A DNA stretch of 64,000 nt from Eledone cirrhosa. Its lineage: Eukaryota. This document shows positions 23,501 to 37,950 of the stretch, piece by piece (within the stretch, counting starts at the first letter, position 1; every line of letters begins with the position of its first letter). The notes under the pieces are model-generated. The model ran no database searches and was not told the origin of the DNA. It worked only from the letters and a program-made list of their open reading frames with translations. Position numbers and translations under genes: made by a program. The DNA lies in assembly GCA_964016885.1 (NCBI GenBank), contig OZ024744.1, positions 4,402,001 through 4,466,000 on the forward strand, read 5' to 3'.

Positions 23501-24680
23501 CAAGGTAGAGAAAGATAGCTTGGTGAGGAACGAAGTTTTGGGGGAAGACAGGGTAGAGAAAGATAGCTTGGTGAAGAACGAAGTTTTGAGGGAAGACAAG
23601 GTAGAGAAAGAGAGCTTGGTGAAGAACGAAGTTTTAAGAGAAGAATGGGTAGAGAAAGATAGCTTCGTGAAGAACGACGTTTTGAGGGAAGACAAGTTAG
23701 CGAAAGATAGCTTGGTGAAGAACGACGTTTTGTGGGAAGACAAGGTAGAGAGAGATAGCTTGGTGAAGAACGAAGTTTTGTGGGAAGACAAGGTAGAGAA
23801 AGGTAGCTTGGTGAAGAACGAAGTTTTGGGGGTAGACAAGGTAGAGAAAGATAGCTTGGTGAAGAACGAAGTTTTGGGGGAAGACAAGGTAGAGAAAGAT
23901 AGCTTGGTGAAGAACGACGTTTTGAGGGAAGACATGGTAGAGAAAGATAGCTTGATGAAGAACGAAGTTTTGTGGGAAGACAAGGTAGAGAAAGATAGCT
24001 TGGTGAAGAACGACGTTTTGAGGGAAGACAAGGTAGAGAAAGATAGCTTGATGAAGAACGAAGTTTTGGGGGAAGACAATGTAGAGAAAGATAGCTTGGT
24101 GACGAACGAAGTCTTGAGGGAAGACAAGGTAGAGAAAGATAGCTTGATGAAGAACGAACGATGTTTTGAGGGAAGACAAAGTAGAGAAAGATAGCTTGAT
24201 GAAGAACGAAGTTTTGCAGGAAGGCAAGGTAGAGAAAGATAGCTTGGTGAATAACGATGTTTTGAGGGAAGACAAGGTAGAGAAAGATAGCTTGGTGAAG
24301 ACGATGTTCTGGGGGAAGACAAGGTAGAGAAAGATAGCTTGGTGAAGAACGAAGTTTTGAGGGAAGACAAGGTAGAGAAAGATAGCTTGGTGAAGAACGA
24401 AGTTTTGAGGGAAGACAAGGTAGAGAAAGATAGCTTGGTGAATAACGAAGTTTTGAGGGAAGACAAGGTAAAGAAAGATAGCTTGGTGAAGAACGATGTT
24501 TTGGGGGAAGACAAGGTAGAGAAAGATAGCTTGGTGAAGAACGAAGTTTTGAGGGAAGACAAGGTAGAGAAAGATAGCTTGGTGAAGAACAAAGTTTTGA
24601 GGGAAGACAAGGTAGAGAAAGATAGCTTGATCAAGAACGAAGTTTTGAGGGAAGACAAGGTAGAGAAGGATAGCTTGTGA
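17557..24680. repeat. Related ~2.65-2.9 kb higher-order units (cassette starts 17557, 20501, 23154; a further copy at 28657)
   Basis: Shared markers GTAGATAAA, GATGGC, AAAGGTAGC, GACATGG, TTGCAGGAAGGC and GAAGACGATGTTCTG occur in the same order. ORF pairs 19615/22268 and 20501/23154 are offset by 2653, and 17557/20501 by 2944. Confidence 0.85.
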
Positions 24681-27600
24681 AGAACGAAGTTTTGGGGGAA
24701 GACAAGGTAGAGAAAGATAGCTTGGTGAAGAACGAACGACGTTTTGAGGGAAGACAAAGTAGAGAAAGATAGCTAGGTGAAGAACGACGTGTTGAGGGAA
24801 GACAAAGTAGAGAACGATAGCTTGATAAAGAACGGTGTTTTGAGGGAAGACAAGGTAGAGAAAGATAGCTTGGTGAAGAACGAAGTTTTGAGGGAAGACA
24901 AGGTAGAGAAAGATAGCTTGATCAAGAACGAAGTTTTGAGGGAAGACAAGGTAGAGAAGGATAGCTTGTGAAGAACGAAGTTTTGGGGGAAGACAAGGTA
25001 AAGAAAGATAGCTTGGTGAAGAACGAACGACGTTTTGAGGGAAGACAAGGTAGAGAAAGATAGCTAGGTGAAGAACGACGTTTTGAGGGAAGACAAAGTA
25101 GAGAACGATAGCTTGATGAAGAACGGAGTTTTGAGGGAAGACAAGGTAGAGAAAGATAGCTTGGTGAAGAACGAAGTTTTGAGGGAAGACAAGGTAGAGA
25201 AAGATAGTTTGGTGAAGAACGAAGTTTTGGGGGAAAAAAAGGTAGAGAAATATAGCTTGGTGAAGAACGAAGTTTTGAGGGAAGACAAGGTAGAGAAAGA
25301 TAGCTTGATGAAGAACGAAGTTTTGAGGGAAGACAAGGTAGAGAAAGTTAGCTTGGTGAAGAACGAAGTTTTGAGGGATGACAAGGTAGAGAAAGATAGC
25401 TTGGTGAAGAACGAAGTTTTGAGGGAAGACAAGGTAGAGAAAGATAGCTTGGTGAAGAACGAAGTTTTGAGGGAAGACAAGGTAGAGAAAGATAGCTTGA
25501 TGAAGAACGAAGTTTTGAGGGAAGACAAGGTAGAGAAAGTTAGCTTGGTGAAGAACGAAGTTTTGAGGGAAGACAAGGTAGAGAAAGATAGCTTGGTGAA
25601 GAACGAAGTTTTGAGGGAAGACAAGGTAGAGAAAGATAGCTTGGTGAAGAACGAAATTTTGAGGGAAGACAAGGTAGAGAAAGATAGCTTGGTGAAGAAC
25701 GAAGTTTTGAGGGAAGACAAGGTAGAGAAAGATAGCTTGTGAAGAACGTAGTTTTGGGGGAAGACAAGGTAGAGAAAGATAGCTTGGTGAAGAACGAACG
25801 AAGTGTTGAGGGAAGACAAGGTAGAGAAAGATAGCTTGGTGAAGAACGACGTTTTGAGGGAAGACAAAGTAGAGAACGATAGCTTGATGAAGAACGAAGT
25901 TTTGTGGGAAGACAAGGTAGAGAAAGATAGCTTGGTGAAGAACGACGTTTTGAGGGAAGACAAGGTAGAGAAAGATAGCTTGATGAAGAACGAAGTTTTG
26001 TGGGAAGACAAGGTAGAGAAAGATAGCTTGGTGAAGAACGACGTTTTGAGGGAAGACAAGGTAGAGAAAGATAGCTTGATGAAGAACGAAGTTTTGGGGG
26101 AAGACAATGTAGAGAAAGATAGCTTGGTGACGAACGAAGTCTTGAGGGAAGACAAGGTAGAGAAAGATAGCTTGATGAAGAACGAACGATGTTTTGAGGG
26201 AAGACAAAGTAGAGAAAGATAGCTTGATGAAGAACGAAGTTTTGCAGGAAGGCAAGGTAGAGAAAGATAGCTTGGTGAATAACGATGTTTTGAGGGAAGA
26301 CAAGGTAGAGAAAGATAGCTTGGTGAAGACGATGTTCTGGGGGAAGACAAGGTAGAGAAAGATAGCTTGGTGAAGAACGAAGTTTTGAGGGAAGACAAGG
26401 TAGAGAAAGATAGCTTGGTGAAGAACGAAGTTTTGAGGGAAGACAAGGTAGAGAAAGATAGCTTGGTGAATAACGAAGTTTTGAGGGAAGACAAGGTAAA
26501 GAAAGATAGCTTGGTGAAGAACGATGTTTTGGGGGAAGACAAGGTAGAGAAAGATAGCTTGGTGAAGAACGAAGTTTTGAGGGAAGACAAGGTAGAGAAA
26601 GATAGCTTGGTGAAGAACAAAGTTTTGAGGGAAGACAAGGTAGAGAAAGATAGCTTGATCAAGAACGAAGTTTTGAGGGAAGACAAGGTAGAGAAGGATA
26701 GCTTGTGAAGAACGAAGTTTTGGGGGAAGACAAGGTAGAGAAAGATAGCTTGGTGAAGAACGAACGACGTTTTGAGGGAAGACAAAGTAGAGAAAGATAG
26801 CTAGGTGAAGAACGACGTGTTGAGGGAAGACAAAGTAGAGAACGATAGCTTGATAAAGAACGGTGTTTTGAGGGAAGACAAGGTAGAGAAAGATAGCTTG
26901 GTGAAGAACGAAGTTTTGAGGGAAGACAAGGTAGAGAAAGATAGCTTGATCAAGAACGAAGTTTTGAGGGAAGACAAGGTAGAGAAGGATAGCTTGTGAA
27001 GAACGAAGTTTTGGGGGAAGACAAGGTAAAGAAAGATAGCTTGGTGAAGAACGAACGACGTTTTGAGGGAAGACAAGGTAGAGAAAGATAGCTAGGTGAA
27101 GAACGACGTTTTGAGGGAAGACAAAGTAGAGAACGATAGCTTGATGAAGAACGGAGTTTTGAGGGAAGACAAGGTAGAGAAAGATAGCTTGGTGAAGAAC
27201 GAAGTTTTGAGGGAAAACAAGGTAGAGAAAGATAGTTTGGTGAAGAACGAAGTTTTGGGGGAAAAAAAGGTAGAGAAATATAGCTTGGTGAAGAACGAAG
27301 TTTTGAGGGAAGACAAGGTAGAGAAAGATAGCTTGATGAAGAACGAAGTTTTGAGGGAAGACAAGGTAGAGAAAGTTAGCTTGGTGAAGAACGAAGTTTT
27401 GAGGGATGACAAGGTAGAGAAAGATAGCTTGGTGAAGAACGAAGTTTTGAGGGAAGACAAGGTAGAGAAAGATAGCTTGGTGAAGAACGAAGTTTTGAGG
27501 GAAGACAAGGTAGAGAAAGATAGCTTGATGAAGAACGAAGTTTTGAGGGAAGACAAGGTAGAGAAAGTTAGCTTGGTGAAGAACGAAGTTTTGAGGGAAG

Positions 27601-28069
27601 ACAAGGTAGAGAAAGATAGCTTGGTGAAGAACGAAGTTTTGAGGGAAGACAAGGTAGAGAAAGATAGCTTGGTGAAGAACGAAATTTTGAGGGAAGACAA
27701 GGTAGAGAAAGATAGCTTGGTGAAGAACGAAGTTTTGAGGGAAGACAAGGTAGAGAAAGATAGCTTGTGAAGAACGTAGTTTTGGGGGAAGACAAGGTAG
27801 AGAAAGATAGCTTGGTGAAGAACGAACGAAGTGTTGAGGGAAGACAAGGTAGAGAAAGATAGCTTGGTGAAGAACGACGTTTTGAGGGAAGACAAAGTAG
27901 AGAACGATAGCTTGATGAAGAACGAAGTTTTGTGGGAAGACAAGGTAGAGAAAGATAGCTTGGTGAAGAACGACGTTTTGAGGGAAGACAAGGTAGAGAA
28001 AGATAGCTTGATGAAGAACGAAGTTTTGTGGGAAGACAAGGTAGAGAAAGATAGCTTGGTGAAGAACGA
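23937..28069. repeat. 2028-bp (42-monomer) tandem duplication
   Basis: ORF pairs 24339/26367, 24777/26805, 25068/27096 and 25803/27831 are offset by 2028. The GCAGGAAGGC marker is at ~24216 and ~26244. Confidence 0.9.
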
Positions 28070-30999
28070 AGTTTTGGGGGTAGACAAGGTAGAGAAAGAT
28101 AGCTTGGTGAAGAACGAAGTTTTGGGGGAAGACAAGGTAGAGAAAGATAGCTTGGTGAAGAACGACGTTTTGAGGGAAGACAAGGTAGAGAAAGATAGCT
28201 TGATGAAGCACGAAGTTTTGTGGGAAGACAAGGTAGAGAAAGATAGCTTGGTGAAGAACGACGTTTTGAGGGAAGACAAGGTAGAGAAAGATAGCTTGAT
28301 GAAGAACGAAGTTTTGGGGGAAGACAATGTAGAGAAAGATAGCTTGGTGACGAACGAAGTCTTGAGGGAAGACAAGGTAGAGAAAGATAGCTTGATGAAG
28401 AACGAACGATGTTTTGAGGGAAGACAAAGTAGAGAAAGATAGCTTGGTGAAGAACGAAGTTTTGAGGGAAGACAAGGAATAGAAAGATAGCTTGATCAAG
28501 AACGAAGTTTTGAAGGAAGACAAGGTAGAGAAAGATAGCTTGGTGAAGAACGAAGTTTTGAGGGAAGACAAGGTAGAGAAGGATAGCTTGTGAAGAACGA
28601 AGTTTTGGGGGAAGACAAGGTAGAGAAAGATAGCTTGGTGAAGAACGAACGAAGTTTTGAGGGAAGACAAGGTAGATAAAGATAGCTTGGTGAAGAACGA
28701 CGTTTCGAGGGAAGACAAAGTAGAGAACGATAGCTTGATGAAGAACGGAGTTTTGAGGGAAGACAAGATAGAGAAAGATAGCTTGGTGAAGAACGAAGTT
28801 TTGAGGAAAGACAAGGTAGAGAAAGATAGTTTGGTGAAGAACGGAGTTTTGGGGGAAAAAAAGGTAGGGAAAGATAGCTTGGTGAAGAACGAAGTTTTGA
28901 GGGAAGACAAGGTAGAGAAAGATGGCTTGGTGAAGAACGAAGTTTTGAGGGAAGACAAGGTAGAGAAAGATAGCTTGGTGCAGAACGAAGTTTTGAGGGA
29001 AGACAAGGTAGAGAAAGATAGCTTGGTGAGGAACGAAGTTTTGGGGGAAGACAGGGTAGAGAAAGATAGCTTGGTGAAGAACGAAGTTTTGAGGGAAGAC
29101 AAGGTAGAGAAAGAGAGCTTGGTGAAGAACGAAGTTTTAAGAGAAGAATGGGTAGAGAAAGATAGCTTCGTGAAGAACGACGTTTTGAGGGAAGACAAGG
29201 TAGCGAAAGATAGCTTGGTGAAGAACGACGTTTTGTGGGAAGACAAGGTAGAGAGAGATAGCTTGGTGAAGAACGAAGTTTTGTGGGAAGACAAGGTAGA
29301 GAAAGGTAGCTTGGTGAAGAACGAAGTTTTGGGGGTAGACAAGGTAGAGAAAGATAGCTTGGTGAAGAACGAAGTTTTGGGGGAAGACAAGGTAGAGAAA
29401 GATAGCTTGGTGAAGAACGACGTTTTGAGGGAAGACATGGTAGAGAAAGATAGCTTGATGAAGAACGAAGTTTTGTGGGAAGACAAGGTAGAGAAAGATA
29501 GCTTGGTGAAGAACGACGTTTTGAGGGAAGACAAGGTAGAGAAAGATAGCTTGATGAAGAACGAAGTTTTGGGGGAAGACAATGTAGAGAAAGATAGCTT
29601 GGTGACGAACGAAGTCTTGAGGGAAGACAAGGTAGAGAAAGATAGCTTGATGAAGAACGAACGATGTTTTGAGGGAAGACAAAGTAGAGAAAGATAGCTT
29701 GATGAAGAACGAAGTTTTGCAGGAAGGCAAGGTAGAGAAAGATAGCTTGGTGAATAACGATGTTTTGAGGGAAGACAAGGTAGAGAAAGATAGCTTGGTG
29801 AAGACGATGTTCTGGGGGAAGACAAGGTAGAGAAAGATAGCTTGGTGAAGAACGAAGTTTTGAGGGAAGACAAGGTAGAGAAAGATAGCTTGGTGAAGAA
29901 CGAAGTTTTGAGGGAAGACAAGGTAGAGAAAGATAGCTTGGTGAATAACGAAGTTTTGAGGGAAGACAAGGTAAAGAAAGATAGCTTGGTGAAGAACGAT
30001 GTTTTGGGGGAAGACAAGGTAGAGAAAGATAGCTTGGTGAAGAACAAAGTTTTGAGGGAAGACAAGGTAGAGAAAGATAGCTTGATCAAGAACGAAGTTT
30101 TGAGGGAAGACAAGGTAGAGAAGGATAGCTTGTGAAGAACGAAGTTTTGGGGGAAGACAAGGTAGAGAAAGATAGCTTGGTGAAGAACGAACGACGTTTT
30201 GAGGGAAGACAAAGTAGAGAAAGATAGCTAGGTGAAGAACGACGTGTTGAGGGAAGACAAAGTAGAGAACGATAGCTTGATAAAGAACGGTGTTTTGAGG
30301 GAAGACAAGGTAGAGAAAGATAGCTTGGTGAAGAACGAAGTTTTGAGGGAAGACAAGGTAGAGAAAGATAGCTTGATCAAGAACGAAGTTTTGAGGGAAG
30401 ACAAGGTAGAGAAGGATAGCTTGTGAAGAACGAAGTTTTGAGGGATGACAAGGTAGAGAAAGATAGCTTGGTGAAGAACGAAGTTTTGAGGGAAGACAAG
30501 GTAGAGAAAGATAGCTTGGTGAAGAACGAAGTTTTGAGGGAAGACAAGGTAGAGAAAGTTAGCTTGGTGAAGAACGAAGTTTTGAGGGAAGACAAGGTAG
30601 AGAAAGATAGCTTGGTGAAGAACGAAGTTTTGGGGGAAAAAAAGGTAGAGAAATATAGCTTGGTGAAGAACGAAGTTTTGAGGGAAGACAAGGTAGAGAA
30701 AGATAGCTTGGTGAAGAACGAACGACGTTTTGAGGGAAGACAAGGTAGAGAAAGATAGCTAGGTGAAGAACGACGTTTTGAGGGAAGACAAAGTAGAGAA
30801 CGATAGCTTGATGAAGAACGGAGTTTTGAGGGAAGACAAGGTAGAGAAAGATAGCTTGGTGAAGAACGAAGTTTTGAGGGAAGACAAGGTAGAGAAAGAT
30901 AGTTTGGTGAAGAACGAAGTTTTGGGGGAAAAAAAGGTAGAGAAATATAGCTTGGTGAAGAACGAAGTTTTGAGGGAAGACAAGGTAGAGAAAGATAGC

Positions 31000-33900
31000 T
31001 TGATGAAGAACGAAGTTTTGAGGGAAGACAAGGTAGAGAAAGTTAGCTTGGTGAAGAACGAAGTTTTGAGGGATGACAAGGTAGAGAAAGATAGCTTGGT
31101 GAAGAACGAAGTTTTGAGGGAAGACAAGGTAGAGAAAGATAGCTTGGTGAAGAACGAAGTTTTGAGGGAAGACAAGGTAGAGAAAGATAGCTTGATGAAG
31201 AACGAAGTTTTGAGGGAAGACAAGGTAGAGAAAGTTAGCTTGGTGAAGAACGAAGTTTTGAGGGAAGACAAGGTAGAGAAAGATAGCTTGGTGAAGAACG
31301 AAGTTTTGAGGGAAGACAAGGTAGAGAGAGATAGCTTGGTGAAGAACGAAATTTTGAGGGAAGACAAGGTAGAGAAAGATAGCTTGGTGAAGAACGAAGT
31401 TTTGAGGGAAGACAAGGTAGAGAAAGATAGCTTGTGAAGAACGTAGTTTTGGGGGAAGACAAGGTAGAGAAAGATAGCTTGGTGAAGAACGAACGAAGTG
31501 TTGAGGGAAGACAAGGTAGAGAAAGATAGCTTGGTGAAGAACGACGTTTTGAGGGAAGACAAAGTAGAGAAAGGTAGCTTGGTGAAGAACGAAGTTTTGG
31601 GGGTAGACAAGGTAGAGAAAGATAGCTTGGTGAAGAACGAAGTTTTGGGGGTAGACAAGGTAGAGAAAGATAGCTTGGTGAAGAACGAAGTTTTGGGGGA
31701 AGACAAGGTAGAGAAAGATAGCTTGGTGAAGAACGACGTTTTGAGGGAAGACATGGTAGAGAAAGATAGCTTGGTGAAGAACGAAGTTTTGGGGGAAGAC
31801 AAGGTAGAGAAAGATAGCTTGGTGAAGAACGACGTTTTGAGGGAAGACATGGTAGAGAAAGATAGCTTGATGAAGAACGAAGTTTTGTGGGAAGACAAGG
31901 TAGAGAAAGATAGCTTGGTGAAGAACGACGTTTTGAGGGAAGACAAGGTAGAGAAAGATAGCTTGATGAAGAACGAAGTTTTGGGGGAAGACAATGTAGA
32001 GAAAGATAGCTTGGTGACGAACGAAGTCTTGAGGGAAGACAAGGTAGAGAAAGATAGCTTGATGAAGAACGAACGATGTTTTGAGGGAAGACAAAGTAGA
32101 GAAAGATAGCTTGATGAAGAACGAAGTTTTGCAGGAAGGCAAGGTAGAGAAAGATAGCTTGGTGAAGAACGAAGTTTTGAGGGAAGACAAGGTATAGAAA
32201 GATAGCTTGATGAAGAACGAAGTTTTGAGGGAAGACAAGGTAGAGAAAGATAGCTTGATGAAGAACGAAGTTTTGAGGGAAGACAAGGTAGAGAAGGATA
32301 GCTTGTGAAGAACGAAGTTTTGGGGGAAGACAAGGTAGAGAAAGTTAGCTTGATGAAGAACGGAGTTTTGAGGGAAGACAAGGTAGAGAAAGATAGCTTG
32401 GTGAAGAACGAAGTTTTGAGGGAAGACAAGGTAGAGAAAGATAGTTTGGTGAAGAACGACGTTTTGAGGGAAGACAAGGTAGAGAAAGATAGCTTGATGA
32501 AGAACGAAGTTTTGGGGGAAGACAATGTAGAGAAAGATAGCTTGGTGACGAACGAAGTCTTGAGGGAAGACAAGGTAGAGAAAGATAGCTTGATGAAGAA
32601 CGAACGATGTTTTGAGGGAAGACAAAGTAGAGAAAGATAGCTTGATGAAGAACGAAGTTTTGCAGGAAGGCAAGGTAGAGAAAGATAGCTTGGTGAATAA
32701 CGATGTTTTGAGGGAAGACAAGGTAGAGAAAGATAGCTTGGTGAAGACGATGTTCTGGGGGAAGACAAGGTAGAGAAAGATAGCTTGGTGAAGAACGAAG
32801 TTTTGAGGGAAGACAAGGTAGAGAAAGATAGCTTGGTGAAGAACGAAGTTTTGAGGGAAGACAAGGTAGAGAAAGATAGCTTGGTGAATAACGACGTTTT
32901 GAGGGAAGACAAGGTAAAGAAAGATAGCTTGGTGAAGAACGATGTTTTGGGGGAAGACAAGGTAGAGAAAGATAGCTTGGTGAAGAACGAAGTTTTGAGG
33001 GAAGACAAGGTAGAGAAAGATAGTTTGGTGAAGAACGAAGTTTTGGGGGAAGACAAGGTAGAGAAAGATAGCTTGATCAAGAACGAAGTTTTGAGGGAAG
33101 ACAAGGTAGAGAAGGATAGCTTGTGAAGAACGACGTTTTGGGGGAAGACAAGGTAGAGAAAGATAGCTTGGTGAAGAACGAAGTTTTGAGGGAAGACAAG
33201 GTAGAGAAAGATAGCTTGGTGAATAACGAAGTTTTGAGGGAAGACAAGGTAAAGAAAGATAGCTTGGTGAAGAACGATGTTTTGGGGGAAGACAAGGTAG
33301 AGAAAGATAGCTTGGTGAAGAACAAAGTTTTGAGGGAAGACAAGGTAGAGAAAGATAGCTTGATCAAGAACGAAGTTTTGAGGGAAGACAAGGTAGAGAA
33401 GGATAGCTTGTGAAGAACGAAGTTTTGGGGGAAGACAAGGTAGAGAAAGATAGCTTGGTGAAGAACGAACGACGTTTTGAGGGAAGACAAAGTAGAGAAA
33501 GATAGCTAGGTGAAGAACGACGTGTTGAGGGAAGACAAAGTAGAGAACGATAGCTTGATAAAGAACGGTGTTTTGAGGGAAGACAAGGTAGAGAAAGATA
33601 GCTTGGTGAAGAACGAAGTTTTGAGGGAAGACAAGGTAGAGAAAGATAGCTTGATCAAGAACGGAGTTTTGAGGGAAGACAAGGTAGAGAAGGATAGCTT
33701 GTGAAGAACGAAGTTTTGGGGGAAGACAAGGTAAAGAAAGATAGCTTGGTGAAGAACGAACGACGTTTTGAGGGAAGACAAGGTAGAGAAAGATAGCTAG
33801 GTGAAGAACGACGTTTTGAGGGAAGACAAAGTAGAGAACGATAGCTTGATGAAGAACGGAGTTTTGAGGGAAGACAAGGTAGAGAAAGATAGCTTGATGA

Positions 33901-36900
33901 AGAACGAAGTTTTGAGGGAAGACAAGGTAGAGAAAGTTAGCTTGGTGAAGAACGAAGTTTTGAGGGATGACAAGGTAGAGAAAGATAGCTTGGTGAAGAA
34001 CGAAGTTTTGAGGGAAGACAAGGTAGAGAAAGATAGCTTGGTGAAGAACGAAGTTTTGAGGGAAGACAAGGTAGAGAAAGATAGCTTGATGAAGAACGAA
34101 GTTTTGAGGGAAGACAAGGTAGAGAAAGTTAGCTTGGTGAAGAACGAAGTTTTGAGGGAAGACAAGGTAGAGAAAGATAGCTTGGTGAAGAACGAAGTTT
34201 TGAGGGAAGACAAGGTAGAGAGAGATAGCTTGGTGAAGAACGAAATTTTGAGGGAAGACAAGGTAGAGAAAGATAGCTTGGTGAAGAACGAAGTTTTGAG
34301 GGAAGACAAGGTAGAGAAAGATAGCTTGTGAAGAACGTAGTTTTGGGGGAAGACAAGGTAGAGAAAGATAGCTTGGTGAAGAACGAACGAAGTGTTGAGG
34401 GAAGACAAGGTAGAGAAAGATAGCTTGGTGAAGAACGACGTTTTGAGGGAAGACAAAGTAGAGAACGATAGCTTGATGAAGAACGAAGTTTTGAGGGAAG
34501 ACAAGGTAGAGAAAGGTAGCTTGGTGAAGAACGAAGTTTTGGGGGTAGACAAGGTAGAGAAAGATAGCTTGGTGAAGAACGAAGTTTTGGGGGAAGACAA
34601 GGTAGAGAAAGATAGCTTGGTGAAGAACGACGTTTTGAGGGAAGACATGGTAGAGAAAGATAGCTTGGTGAAGAACGAAGTTTTGGGGGAAGACAAGGTA
34701 GAGAAAGATAGCTTGGTGAAGAACGACGTTTTGAGGGAAGACATGGTAGAGAAAGATAGCTTGATGAAGAACGAAGTTTTGTGGGAAGACAAGGTAGAGA
34801 AAGATAGCTTGGTGAAGAACGACGTTTTGAGGGAAGACAAGGTAGAGAAAGATAGCTTGATGAAGAACGAAGTTTTGGGGGAAGACAATGTAGAGAAAGA
34901 TAGCTTGGTGACGAACGAAGTCTTGAGGGAAGACAAGGTAGAGAAAGATAGCTTGATGAAGAACGAACGATGTTTTGAGGGAAGACAAAGTAGAGAAAGA
35001 TAGCTTGATGAAGAACGAAGTTTTGCAGGAAGGCAAGGTAGAGAAAGATAGCTTGGTGAAGAACGAAGTTTTGAGGGAAGACAAGGTAGAGAAAGATAGC
35101 TTGATGAAGAACGAAGTTTTGAGGGAAGACAAGGTAGAGAAAGATAGCTTGATGAAGAACGAAGTTTTGAGGGAAGACAAGGTAGAGAAGGATAGCTTGT
35201 GAAGAACGAAGTTTTGGGGGAAGACAAGGTAGAGAAAGTTAGCTTGATGAAGAACGGAGTTTTGAGGGAAGACAAGGTAGAGAAAGATAGCTTGGTGAAG
35301 AACGAAGTTTTGAGGGAAGACAAGGTAGAGAAAGATAGTTTGGTGAAGAACGACGTTTTGAGGGAAGACAAGGTAGAGAAAGATAGCTTGATGAAGAACG
35401 AAGTTTTGGGGGAAGACAATGTAGAGAAAGATAGCTTGGTGACGAACGAAGTCTTGAGGGAAGACAAGGTAGAGAAAGATAGCTTGATGAAGAACGAACG
35501 ATGTTTTGAGGGAAGACAAAGTAGAGAAAGATAGCTTGATGAAGAACGAAGTTTTGCAGGAAGGCAAGGTAGAGAAAGATAGCTTGGTGAATAACGATGT
35601 TTTGAGGGAAGACAAGGTAGAGAAAGATAGCTTGGTGAAGACGATGTTCTGGGGGAAGACAAGGTAGAGAAAGATAGCTTGGTGAAGAACGAAGTTTTGA
35701 GGGAAGACAAGGTAGAGAAAGATAGCTTGGTGAAGAACGAAGTTTTGAGGGAAGACAAGGTAGAGAAAGATAGCTTGGTGAATAACGACGTTTTGAGGGA
35801 AGACAAGGTAAAGAAAGATAGCTTGGTGAAGAACGATGTTTTGGGGGAAGACAAGGTAGAGAAAGATAGCTTGGTGAAGAACGAAGTTTTGAGGGAAGAC
35901 AAGGTAGAGAAAGATAGTTTGGTGAAGAACGAAGTTTTGGGGGAAGACAAGGTAGAGAAAGATAGCTTGATCAAGAACGAAGTTTTGAGGGAAGACAAGG
36001 TAGAGAAGGATAGCTTGTGAAGAACGAAGTTTTGGGGGAAGACAAGGTAGAGAAAGATAGCTTGGTGAAGAACGAAGTTTTGAGGGAAGACAAGGTAGAG
36101 AAAGATAGCTTGGTGAATAACGAAGTTTTGAGGGAAGACAAGGTAAAGAAAGATAGCTTGGTGAAGAACGATGTTTTGGGGGAAGACAAGGTAGAGAAAG
36201 ATAGCTTGGTGAAGAACAAAGTTTTGAGGGAAGACAAGGTAGAGAAAGATAGCTTGATCAAGAACGAAGTTTTGAGGGAAGACAAGGTAGAGAAGGATAG
36301 CTTGTGAAGAACGAAGTTTTGGGGGAAGACAAGGTAGAGAAAGATAGCTTGGTGAAGAACGAACGACGTTTTGAGGGAAGACAAAGTAGAGAAAGATAGC
36401 TAGGTGAAGAACGACGTGTTGAGGGAAGACAAAGTAGAGAACGATAGCTTGATAAAGAACGGTGTTTTGAGGGAAGACAAGGTAGAGAAAGATAGCTTGG
36501 TGAAGAACGAAGTTTTGAGGGAAGACAAGGTAGAGAAAGATAGCTTGATCAAGAACGAAGTTTTGAGGGTAGACAAGGTAGAGAAGGATAGCTTGTGAAG
36601 AACGAAGTTTTGGGGGAAGACAAGGTAAAGAAAGATAGCTTGGTGAAGAACGAACGACGTTTTGAGGGAAGACAAGGTAGAGAAAGATAGCTAGGTGAAG
36701 AACCACGTTTTGAGGGAAGACAAAGTAGAGAACGATAGCTTGATGAAGAACGGAGTTTTGAGGGAAGACAAGGTAGAGAAAGATAGCTTGGTGAAGAACG
36801 AAGTTTTGAGGGAAGACAAGGTAGAGAAAGATAGTTTGGTGAAGAACGAAGTTTTGGGGGAAAAAAAGGTAGAGAAATATAGCTTGGTGAAGAACGAAGT

Positions 36901-37950
36901 TTTGAGGGAAGACAAGGTAGAGAAAGATAGCTTGATGAAGAACGAAGTTTTGAGGGAAGACAAGGTAGAGAAAGTTAGCTTGGTGAAGAACGAAGTTTTG
37001 AGGGATGACAAGGTAGAGAAAGATAGCTTGGTGAAGAACGAAGTTTTGAGGGAAGACAAGGTAGAGAAAGATAGCTTGGTGAAGAACGAAGTTTTGAGGG
37101 AAGACAAGGTAGAGAAAGATAGCTTGATGAAGAACGAAGTTTTGAGGGAAGACAAGGTAGAGAAAGTTAGCTTGGTGAAGAACGAAGTTTTGAGGGAAGA
37201 CAAGGTAGAGAAAGATAGCTTGTGAAGAACGTAGTTTTGGGGGAAGACAAGGTAGAGAAAGATAGCTTGGTGAAGAACGAACGAAGTGTTGAGGGAAGAC
37301 AAGGTAGAGAAAGATAGCTTGGTGAAGAACGACGTTTTGAGGGAAGACAAAGTAGAGAACGATAGCTTGATGAAGAACGAAGTTTTGAGGGAAGACAAGG
37401 TAGAGAAAGGTAGCTTGGTGAAGAACGAAGTTTTGGGGGTAGACAAGGTAGAGAAAGATAGCTTGGTGAAGAACGAAGTTTTGGGGGAAGACAAGGTAGA
37501 GAAAGATAGCTTGGTGAAGAACGACGTTTTGAGGGAAGACATGGTAGAGAAAGATAGCTTGGTGAAGAACGAAGTTTTGGGGGAAGACAAGGTAGAGAAA
37601 GATAGCTTGGTGAAGAACGACGTTTTGAGGGAAGACATGGTAGAGAAAGATAGCTTGATGAAGAACGAAGTTTTGTGGGAAGACAAGGTAGAGAAAGATA
37701 GCTTGATGAAGAACGACGTTTTGAGGGAAGACAAGGTAGAGAAAGATAGCTTGATGAAGAACGAAGTTTTGGGGGAAGACAATGTAGAGAAAGATAGCTT
37801 GGTGACGAACGAAGTCTTGAGGGAAGACAAGGTAGAGAAAGATAGCTTGATGAAGAACGAACGATGTTTTGAGGGAAGACAAAGTAGAGAAAGATAGCTT
37901 GATGAAGAACGAAGTTTTGCAGGAAGGCAAGGTAGAGAAAGATAGATTGG
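31000..37950. repeat. 2894-bp higher-order repeat, ~2.4 imperfect copies
   Basis: The AACGTAGTT marker C falls at 31442, 34336 and 37230. ORF sets 31498/34392/37286, 32305/35199, 32785/35679, 33123/36017 and 33510/36404 are offset by 2894. Confidence 0.88.

Noticed and set aside
23697-30212. Giant minus-strand ORFs (2171, 1842, 1741, 1618 aa and others) as protein-coding genes
   Set aside because: All three minus frames of the monomer are stop-free, so long overlapping ORFs are automatic. They switch peptide register at every indel, mostly begin at TTG codons within the repeat, and have no unique domain.
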